Positions 52,661 through 64,000 of a stretch of 64,000 nt of DNA are shown in pieces. Position numbers and translations under genes: made by a program. The DNA lies in NCBI RefSeq assembly GCF_009914755.1, contig NC_060938.1; one strand, given 5' to 3'. Under the pieces are notes generated by a model. That model was not told where the DNA came from and searched no databases. It saw only the letters and a list, made by a program, of their open reading frames with translations. The stretch comes from the human T2T-CHM13v2.0 reference genome, Homo sapiens. Each line of letters starts with the position of its first letter. The stretch's first letter is position 1.

Positions 52661-52780
52661 AAAAATGGAAAACACTAGTAAACTTAAAGATTTAAATATT
52701 ATTTTAAAAGGAATATAATAAAAAATGGAAAACACTAGTATATTTAAAGATTTAAATAGTCTTTTAAAAGGAATATAATC
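52661..52780 (+). repeat. 60-bp tandem duplication (2 copies)
   Basis: aaaaatggaaaacactagta...ttttaaaaggaatataat at 52661-52720 and 52721-52780. Confidence 0.9.
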
Positions 52781-53850
52781 AAAACTGTAGTTTAAAATAC
52801 AATCTAGCTCCATAAGAGAGGCAATTGGCTGTGTGTTCCACTTGTAATGCAGAGGATTTGAAGCATCTATTTTTTCCCTTGTTTCTATGGATTTATGAAT
52901 AAAGACTCTGACCCTTCTCAGGATCAGGAAAATTACGAAAAATTTAAAGCCTGGGTTTAAGGTCTGTAGAAGCTGCACAGGTACACTAATTTTAGTAAGA
53001 CGGGCGCCAGGAAAAAGAACAAAATAGTAGGGGAGAAATATTCAGGCATCCTAAAAAATATTCAGTGGAAACGTAAAAACATTAAAGACTGATTAAACAT
53101 CGCAGCATGACACAGATTTAGCAACTGAGCATAAATAATTTGACTCGGATACTGCTCCAAAATCCGAAGAGGACCAATTTCTTCCAGGAGGACAACTACC
53201 TCGTCCTCTGCAGACCCCTCTCCTCGGCAGCTGAAGGAGTGTGGCCAATCTGCCTCCACCTCCCCGCGGACCCCCTACTCTCAGGACCTCCTGCAGCACC
53301 CCAAACTGGAAGTGGCCGCTGCAGACCCAAGGACGAGGGGCACGCGGGAGCCGGCAGCCCTAGTGGAGCGGTTGGAGATGTTGAGGTGGGAGGGTCACCC
53401 AGGTGGGGTGAGGCTGGGGTAGGTAGCGGAGTGAACGGCTTCCGAAGCTCTGGGCCGCCCCCAGGTTGGACTAAGCAGGCGCTCTGTCTTCGCCCCCGCC
53501 CAGGGTGGGCGTCTCCTGAGGACTCCCCGCCACACCTGACCCGAGACCGCGCGCCCAGCCTAGAACGCTTCCCCGACCCAGCGTAGGGCCGCCGCGACTG
53601 GCGCGCAGGGGGCGGCGGGAGGCCTGGCGAACCCGGGGGCGGGACCAGGCGGGCAAGGCCCGGCTGCCGCAGCGCCGCTCTGCGCGAGGCGGCTCCGCCG
53701 CGGCGGAGGGATACGGCGCACCATATATATATCGCGGGGTGCAGACTCGCGCTCCGGCAGTGGTGCTGGGAGTGTCGTGGACGCCGTGCCGTTACTCGTA
53801 GTCAGGCGGCGGCGCAGGCGGCGGCGGCGGCATAGCGCACAGCGCGCCTT

Positions 53851-53875
53851 AGCAGCAGCAGCAGCAGCAGCAGCA
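53851..53875 (+). repeat. (AGC)8 / CAG trinucleotide repeat in the CALM1 5' UTR
   Basis: agcagcagcagcagcagcagcagca, preceded by short GGC runs at ~53805-53831. Confidence 0.95.
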
Positions 53876-53957
53876 TCGGAGGTACCCCCGCCGTCGCAGC
53901 CCCCGCGCTGGTGCAGCCACCCTCGCTCCCTCTGCTCTTCCTCCCTTCGCTCGCACC

Positions 53958-53960
53958 ATG
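53958..53960 (+). CDS. CALM1: Calmodulin-1 exon 1 coding part (ATG only)
   Basis: gcaccATG|gtaggt: Kozak ACC-ATG followed directly by a GT donor, typical of vertebrate calmodulin genes. Confidence 0.95.
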
Positions 53961-56791
53961 GTAGGTCGGGAGTGGCAAATGCCGGCGTAGCAGCTGCCCG
54001 AGATTTCTTCCCAGATTTCTAGTTGTTTTGTTTGTTTTTTGTTTGTTTTTGGTTCTTGGAGGTTTTTCTTTTCTGAGTGTTACGCAGCAGCTGCGCTTAA
54101 AGGAGGTTGCATTTTGGATTTGCATCTCGGCGACCTCTGCCAGGGAGCTTCATTTATTGGTTCCCCTTGGAGCTGGACTTGGTCGTAGGCCGTCCACGGG
54201 CAGGGGCTCCGGCCGCAACTGCAGCGGGGGTTTCTGCATCCAATCCCCCTGCTCCCCGCCCAGCCCCGCACCCACTGCATCCACTAGCGCCGCACCCGGG
54301 CTGCCTGCAGCGCAGCGTTTCGGCCTGGGAGCCGGGCGGGGCCGGGCACTAGACCCCCCCCCCCCGGCCCGCCCCTCCCCACCCCGCTTCTCCGCCGGCG
54401 CGAAGGTGGCAGGTCGGGCGGGCAGTGGAGAATGAATGGGCTGGAGCTGGCCGGTGGCGCACATTGTTCCGGCCGGGTGTTGAGGGGCGCAGTCAGCGCC
54501 CGCCACCTCCCCACTTTGGCCGGCCCTGCTGGGCGCCCTCCCTCGGTCGCTCTCCCCTCCTTCTTCCCGGGGGGCGCGGCGCGGGCGTGGGCTGGGAAGG
54601 AAGGAGCCGGGGAAGGGTGGGGTTGGGGGCAGGAAGGCGAGGGGTTGGGGGCGGAGAGGGCGGAAGCGGCGGCCGGGCCGCCCTGCGCCCGGGCGGGGCC
54701 CTGCGGTGTGGCCGTGGCTTGTTCCTGCCGCTTTCGCACCCTGCGGCCCCCCACCCAGTGCAGCAGTGCGGGCGGGCGTGAGCCTCGGTGCACCAGGAGG
54801 CCCTTCCCGCGGGAGGCGCTGGGCTCGCGCTAATTGGGGCGGGGGGGGGGGCGGCGGGGGAGGAGGGAACTGGCGCGCGGCTTGGTTTCCATTAGAGACG
54901 CAAAGTTTCTGCTCCGGGAGGAGGCGGCGGCGCCGCGGGCTCGTCGCCTGGGGGAGCAGAAGCGGGTGGGAGGTGCGGGTGGCCTTGGCCGCAGCCCTGG
55001 TGCGCGGGGGCCGGGGGTGGTGACCCTCCTGGCCGAGGAGGGGCGGCGTCCAGACGCCCGCTCGGGGGCCGCCTTCCCCCCCACGCCTGCCCCCGGGCAC
55101 GCGCCCTGCCCGGTCCCTCGCCCCGCGCCACTTCCAGTCCGCAGAGAGATGCCCTCCACGTTTCTGCTTTCTCTGCAGCCTCTAGATTGCCAGATGCGAC
55201 TGTGCGCCTCGCTGGGTGTGTTTTCCACAGACCCTTCCTCCTCGGCGTGCAGGGCTGACATCACCGACTGCGTTTCTGGTTTGGCGGGTGGGGAGATGGT
55301 TCCCCGCAGGGTTCTGGTACACCTTTGCCCCCAGGGCTAGCGCCATTTGGGGGAGGAGGTTTTCGTTGTCGAGAAAGTTGGATGCTCCTGGTAACCCCTC
55401 TAACAAGAGAGTTCTGTAGCGAGGTGGGACTGTTCTCCCCATAAGGTGACAGTTTCTCTTGCGAGGTGTGGCAGCGCTTCCTGTTGTACAAGACAGATGT
55501 TGCCTTGGCGTTACGTAAATCATCGTGTCTCCGTCATTTAAAGAAAGCCAATTTTTAGTGATTGAGGTAGAAAGAAAGATCCGTTTATAATTTGTAAAAA
55601 CAAATTTTCACCCAGAATCAATATATTGGAACACCATTCCTACTGTTAAAGTTTTCACTTAAGAGCATAAACTTCATCAGCTTTCTATTAGGACTTATTT
55701 TGTAATTGGCTTCTTAGGCATCCTTCTTTAAAAGAGAAATCCACGTTAGCTCTCCTTGAGGTCTCGAGTTCCCTCGGCTGGAGGCACAGGTTCAGTGGAG
55801 ACCAAATAATGCAGGTGAATTACCTTCGTGGCCATTACTGCCTCGAACGAAGTGTGTTTATTAAGAACAGTTCTTATGTCATTCTTAAGGTAGGTAGGGT
55901 TAATACTCTCCAGCAAATTTAGTAGATACTCTTTGCCAGAAAAGAGAGGAGTATATATAGTTTGATAATTATTGTGTAGTTTTCTGTGTACTTAATTTTT
56001 GCAGTTTTGTAACACTTCATTTGTAAGATGGTACCATTTTTTCCTGGCTTCTGAATCATAGGATAGTTTGACCCAGGGCATTAGCCATTGTAATGGTAGC
56101 CTTTTAACAAATAACTGCCTAATTTAAAGGATTGGAAAGCATTTGTTACATGGAAATGAAGTTGGTGGCGTACCCAGTTGCTGTATCTTTATTTTTTCTA
56201 CTTAATTATTTCTCATAAAATGGATATAAAAGCCTGTTAATCCAACCCAATGCCATTATGTAACGCCAGTTTGGAGATTTCGAGGGCCTGGAGCAGTGCG
56301 CAAGGTGCGCTGAAAGCCTGCCCCTGGATGAGATCCTTATCCTGGCTGTGATGGCAGTGGCAGTGGGCTGGGTCCCTTGTTGAGTGGAAAGGGGGACTGC
56401 GGTGTCCATGGTGCAGTAGGTGGCGCTCTTCTGTCTTAGAGCCTGCCGCCACTGCAGCTGGTGCCAAGGGGCCTTCTGCCACTAGAGGTGCCATTTTTCA
56501 CATGATGAACTTAGCCTAGTTAGATCGCAGAGCAAGCTGTAAGCCATGGGCCCAGAAAAGAAAACTTGAAGTGAGCAGATGTTGTCACTTCCTTGTAATC
56601 CTTTGTTAAAATAGCATAAGGAGTTTTCTTTATTCTATTTACTTTCATTAAATGACCGTGCTACAGGTTTCAAAGGATTTTAAGATTGATTTTTGAAAGA
56701 TCACAATATTAAAAGTATAACTGGAAAATCTATGTTGAAATCAACCAAACATGTCGTGGACTGAATGATAACCTTTTCTTTCTTCATATAG

Positions 56792-56822
56792 GCTGATCAG
56801 CTGACCGAAGAACAGATTGCTG
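56792..56822 (+). CDS. CALM1: Calmodulin-1 exon 2 (ADQLTEEQIA, 31 nt)
   Basis: cttcatatag|GCTGATCAG...ATTGCTG|gtaagt. Confidence 0.97.
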
Positions 56823-57259
56823 GTAAGTTGACAACTCCAAGGAGTCCCCAGAAGGCCAGAACTAGGCACTGACTCAGTTTTGGTGACTCCTCTGTTCCTC
56901 CCCGCTACAGTCTGGGCAGTTTTCTAAGAATTTATTTAAATAAGAACAGTAAGCAGAAACACTGAGGTCAGATGTTATTCTTGCCAGTACTTTATAGATG
57001 AGGTGAAAGGAAGTAAAACTAAGGATGCCCACATGTTAAACTCTGGAGAATTTGACCATGTTTCACAATGTGCAAAGTTTGCGTATGATTAATTGTACTG
57101 AGCCTGCTACTCAGCGGTTTAGTTTACAATTCTTATGCCATGGGTCTTTCAGTAATCTGCCACGAAAGCTTGTGCTCGCTATCCTAAAATAAATGGAAAT
57201 GGGTGAATATGAGTGTTAGGACCACTGTAGTAATTGGGAAGAAAGTTACATTAGTTAAA

Positions 57260-58679
<1,420 letters not shown>

Positions 58680-60564
58680 GAGCTCAAAGCTTTTATCAAC
58701 TGGCCCATGAGTCTGCACTGAGTCTTGAGGGGGGAGGTGAAATTAAATAGCCATAGAAAGTGCTTTTTAACAAACTTACTGTGTTTAAAGAGGAGGAGGA
58801 ACCCCCAGATGAAGTAGGTGACGAGCACTCTTAGAAGTTACCATAAAAGTGAGTACAGTGTGAGCTGTAGATGTGTTTGCTGCAGAGGAGCATGTGAGGT
58901 TTGGAGGCGGATGTGTGGTGACTCCAGGGGATAGATTTGCAGAACCTAACGGAAAGGGAAGCTGTAAGGTGCAGGGCCAGAGGGAACCAGCAGTAACCCT
59001 GATAGCGGTCTGTCATCTGTTCCTCTCGACTCTACAGCAGCGGACAACAGAACTTTGATTGCTGATTTCCATCAGTAAGCAGGCTTTGAAGCACACTTCC
59101 CCACCCCTAAAAAAAAACCACGTATTTTGGTAAATCCTATATATATTCTAATGTACTGTATGACAGTATAGAACATGATTTTTAAAAGATGAGTTGGGAG
59201 GAGAAAAGGATAAAAGAAAAAATAAAAGAAGCATTAAGAATAAACAATTCGGATCTAGATTTTACTTTCTAGATGATTGACTCGAGGGTGGTGTAGTAAA
59301 ATCGCTTGTCTGGTCACAAACATTTGGCAGCAGAGCTTTTGATTAGGTTCTTTGACAAAGCCTTCAGCACGTTAGAGTGGTTTTCACTAATAGTGTTTTG
59401 GAAAGAAAAGGTTGTCCATAGTTCTCTAGTTTGCTAAGATGATCAGCTACCCAGGAACGTGGAGTAACTTCCTCTTGTTTGTGGGAGCCCCGGGAATCTG
59501 TGCCTGGGGAGGGGAGAAGTCTGTTAGGCTCTTGGATTGTGTGGAAGAAGGAGAAGTTGTGCCAGGCTACAGAATCCTGTGTTTGCACTGAGAAAACAGG
59601 ATGGTACCTGACCTTCTCTGCATGGCTGTGAGATAGCTTAAAATAATTTCTTTTGTTTTTGATGAATATGAACAATATCTTAAAATTTTTGAGGCTAAAA
59701 AAGTCTTGAAGGGATCCCTGAGGTATTTTCTTTGAAAGGTACTGGTGAAAATGAGTAACTTAACCTAAGGGTTTTTCTTTCTAATTTTATTTCCATTTAG
59801 TTCAATGACACTGTTAGTCTGGAGTGCTTGTCTTTGGGGGTATTCATCTCTTAGTTTTAAAGAGGAGTTGTTTGGAGTACTGGCCGTAGAACAGATTGTT
59901 CTGACAGTTCCCTAAGTGTTACTAGTCTGAGCTGTGAGAATGCTCCTGAGCTTTTCCCTTAATGGGAAATAAAGATACTGAGTTGGAAGAAAACAGGTGG
60001 CTAACCATCATAGCGTGGCCAAGAAATGATCCTGGAGAAGACTTGGTAAGACTTCATGGCCCATGCATGGCATAACAGAATCAATGTTCCTCTCTCATAA
60101 TCTTTTCTCCTCTGAAACACTTTATACACTTAACCTGCAGCTCAGTTCTAGGCCTTTTTTGTGTTACTGCTGTCACTAACCAAGGCAGAGTGAGACCTGA
60201 GTGATTTCCCTAACTCAGGGATGGCAGTCGGGGGCGCTTTCTTCCCTCGGAGTGGAAAGATTCAGCCTGCGGAGTGGTGTATGCTATTTTTCTTTTGAAC
60301 TGTACAGCCCTTCATGACCCTTCCATGGGCTTGAATCCAGATGTGCAGTTTCCTTTGTATAATTAAATACTATCCTGGGCACTGATGATGAGTTTGAAAT
60401 TATGTGAAATTGCCCTGTGAAGTGTTTGAACGTTTTAGACCTGCAGATGATTGAACCTAGTAAGATAGTCTGCCCCTTTGTCCTAGTACATGTTTACCGT
60501 TCCGTACAGTGGTTCTGAAATGATTACTGCAGAGCAGCGTTAATGGAGTGCTTACTTTACATGA

Positions 60565-60807
<243 letters not shown>

Positions 60808-61043
60808 TGATCTCACTTTCAAAAATCCTCCTTATGGTAACCGTATCAGGGGAGGGTAGGCATAATAAATAGGAATTTTGGACCATGTTTCTTGACTGTT
60901 ACTTTGAATTGTTGTGAGCTTTTGCAAATCCTGTTTTCTGCATTAGCTGTTTGCATGTATTTAGTAGGTTAGAGGTGGGAACTAGAGATCAGAGAATTGT
61001 TTATGGCAGCAGAGTTAGCAGTAACTTGAGAGGGCATAGCTAA

Positions 61044-61271
<228 letters not shown>

Positions 61272-61413
61272 TAGTCTTACCTTTAGATCTGTAAGCAAGC
61301 CAACTGCTTCACTAGACAGCCTTTGACTTTATTTTATGTACAGTAAAGATGTTGTGTTCATTAAAGCTGTTTTCAAAGATAACCAAAAGTTACTATTATA
61401 TTTGTCTTTTCAG

Positions 61414-61442
61414 AATTCGTACAGATGATGACTGCAAAATGA
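61414..61442 (+). CDS. CALM1: Calmodulin-1 exon 6 coding part (EFVQMMTAK*)
   Basis: ttttcag|AATTCGTACAGATGATGACTGCAAAATGA; total CDS 450 nt. Confidence 0.97.
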
Positions 61443-62313
61443 AGACCTACTTTCAACTCCTTTTTCCCCCCTCTAGAAGAATCAAATTGAATCTTTTACT
61501 TACCTCTTGCAAAAAAAAGAAAAAAGAAAAAAGTTCATTTATTCATTCTGTTTCTATATAGCAAAACTGAATGTCAAAAGTACCTTCTGTCCACACACAC
61601 AAAATCTGCATGTATTGGTTGGTGGTCCTGTCCCCTAAAGATCAAGCTACACATCAGTTTTACAATATAAATACTTGTACTACCTTAATGATAAGGACTC
61701 CTTAAAGTTCCATTTGCTAATGATTAATACACTGTTTGGGCTGGCCAGTTTTTCATGCATGCAGCTTGACGATTGAGCACAGTCAGGCCTTTGTATTAAA
61801 AATGAAAAATGAAAAAACAAATTCAAAACCTATTCAAATGGGTTCTAGTTCAATTTGTTTAGTATAAATTGTCATAGCTGGTTTACTGAAAACAAACACA
61901 TTTAAAATTGGTTTACCTCAGGATGACGTGCAGAAAAATGGGTGAAGGATAAACCGTTGAGACGTGGCCCCACTGGTAGGATGGTCCTCTTGTACTTCGT
62001 GTGCTCCGACCCATGGTGACGATGACACACCCTGGTGGCATGCCCGTGTATGTTGGTTTAGCGTTGTCTGCATTGTTCTAGAGTGAAACAGGTGTCAGGC
62101 TGTCACTGTTCACACAAATTTTTAATAAGAAACATTTACCAAGGGAGCATCTTTGGACTCTCTGTTTTTAAAACCTTCTGAACCATGACTTGGAGCCGGC
62201 AGAGTAGGCTGTGGCTGTGGACTTCAGCACAACCATCAACATTGCTGTTCAAAGAAATTACAGTTTACGTCCATTCCAAGTTGTAAATGCTAGTCTTTTT
62301 TTTTTTTTTTTCC

Positions 62314-62319
62314 AATAAA
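62314..62319 (+). terminator. CALM1: CALM1 proximal polyadenylation signal AATAAA
   Basis: AATAAA after a U-rich run and before a GU-rich downstream element (gtggtgtt), ~870 nt after the stop; consistent with the known short and long 3' UTR isoforms. Confidence 0.8.
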
Positions 62320-64000
62320 AAGACCATTAACTTAAAGTGGTGTTAAATGCTTTGTAAAGCTGAGATCTAAATGGGGACAAGGCAGGTGGAGGGGAGGCCA
62401 GTGTACATGTAAATGCCCACAGCCCAGCATTGGGTTTCCCTCCCAAGGCCCCAGCACCAACCTCTGAGCCCAAGACCTTGCCTGAAAACAAGCAGATACC
62501 GATTGCTTCATCCTATTTATGGACATGTAGGTCTAGTTGCATTTTCACTGGGGGGAGGGGGGAAGGTGAATTATGGTAACTTTTAATGATCTATTCAGGC
62601 AGTAGAGCTCTTAAGGAAAAAAAAAACCCACTTTCTCTCAAGCATGTATTTAGGGGTTGTTCTCAATTGTGCTGCTGATTACCTGTCTTATGTAACTACT
62701 TGAGACCATCTGCAAGAGACATGATTTAGTGTGTCTGTAATTCAATCTTCGCTGTGTGTGGTAGAAGCAGTAGTCACTTTTGTAAGCCAGTCTCTTCATG
62801 CCTAAAAGACACTACCAGTCACCTTTGATTCGCGACTTTTAATTTATGATTATACTTAGCCTCCTCCTCCTTTTTTTTTTTTTCCCAAGTTGACTTGACT
62901 TTGCTTTTTTCCCCCCAAGTAGAACTAATGCTAGCTTCCAGCTTGAAAGTAAAACTCCAGTGTGGAGTGAATTTTGTGTCTAATTATAAACCTGTAACCA
63001 AAACTCAGACATCTGGTACTGGTCTTTGCATTGAGATTGGTCCCTGTAAAACCCCCTTTAAAAGCATATTGCATTTAGTACAGAGCTCTTTTTTGAAATG
63101 AAGGCTGGAGATGTGCATTTTTCACGGTGTTAACTGGTTGTATCTTATTAGCAAGGAGATTGGGGTTTTGAGTGTTTGCGTGGGTGGTTTCAATTTGCCA
63201 GGGAACAGTGGCAGGCTGCTAGCAAGGCAGTGAGAAGCTCTTGGCAGCCAAATGGGTGCATTCAGGGCTGATTTATAGAGACCCTTGGCTTCTCCTTCTC
63301 CTACTCCCTGTCTTTCTGGCATTTTGTAGCTTGTTAGATTTTCTGCCAGAGGGGTGGGTCAGAGCAGTGGAGGGGAGACATCGCCCATGTGCTTCTGCTA
63401 CTGGTCCTTGGGCTGGGTGGTTGGTAGAGGAGATGTTGACACTATGAGCTAAGGGTTGGCTTTTGTAATTACCTGAATCTGAAAGGAATGCCTAAGGTTA
63501 CCTTGGGGTTTCTCTTCTGGTGAGATAGGGTTCCTGGTTTGAGTAAGTTAATGTCCTGGATATTTCTTGTGGCAGGGGGTGGTCAAAGAGCCTGATTGCT
63601 GACCCAGTCTCAGGCCTGTGGTCGATGACCTCTCGGTAGTTTCAAAGGGGGCTGGAGGGGGATATTTGACTTGTTTTTTCGAAATGTAGCCTTCTAACCC
63701 TCAAGTCTTTAGAAGCTGGGTGGACTCTTAGTGGTCCTGCAGCGTATCCTAAAAGACTACCTTTGAAACAGGATTCTTGTATGGCCAGGATCGTGTCTGG
63801 GAACCAGAAACCCTACACCCTCCCCCTCCAGGGAATGCTGAGTTCCAGTTTTGAGCAGAGGTGAGGCAGAATCCACTGTAGCCTTCCGCCCTGGTATTTG
63901 GGGGGATGACCAGCCCAGGCGTTGGGTGTTAGTCTGCATGAGTTTGTGAGAGGAAATAGCTGGGTGTCCTGGCAGTGCCCTTGAAGTTGGTTAGGACCTT

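Larger units (their letters stand above)
53200..55300. promoter_or_regulatory. CALM1: CALM1 CpG island and promoter (TATA-like ATATATATAT 53723-53732, CCAAT ~53245, GC boxes)
   Basis: Very high GC and CpG density spanning exon 1; AT block ~25-35 bp upstream of the 5' UTR start. Confidence 0.9.

Noticed and set aside
54028-55340. Long ORFs including the 316-aa minus-strand ORF 54150..55100
   Set aside because: Stop-poor GC-rich CpG island in CALM1 intron 1; low-complexity P/R/A/G content and no recognisable domain.

Overview
Primate, almost certainly human, genomic DNA. The right quarter (~53.2-64.0 kb) holds the calmodulin gene CALM1 on the + strand: a CpG-island/TATA promoter, six exons (3+31+144+107+136+29 = 450 nt CDS, 149 aa, all GT-AG introns), a proximal polyA signal and a long 3' UTR running to the window end. 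The left ~53 kb is intergenic and very Alu-rich, with MER, MaLR, L1, MIR and L2 relics. It carries three retrocopies: a full-length ORF-intact RPL21 processed pseudogene, a 3'-terminal LARS1 fragment and an HMGB1 3'-UTR fragment. It also has a 21-bp G-rich minisatellite grown inside a MER20, and a second CpG island at ~39.5-41.0 kb with housekeeping-promoter motifs (YY1, CCAAT, ETS, CRE, nearby RFX) but no credible protein-coding gene. I see no convincing new multi-gene system. The best leads are the orphan promoter 14 kb upstream of CALM1, alternative ATG-ending first exons in CALM1 intron 1, and the unusual exon 3 and exon 4 splice architecture. Gene and repeat identities come from recalled sequence, not database searches.
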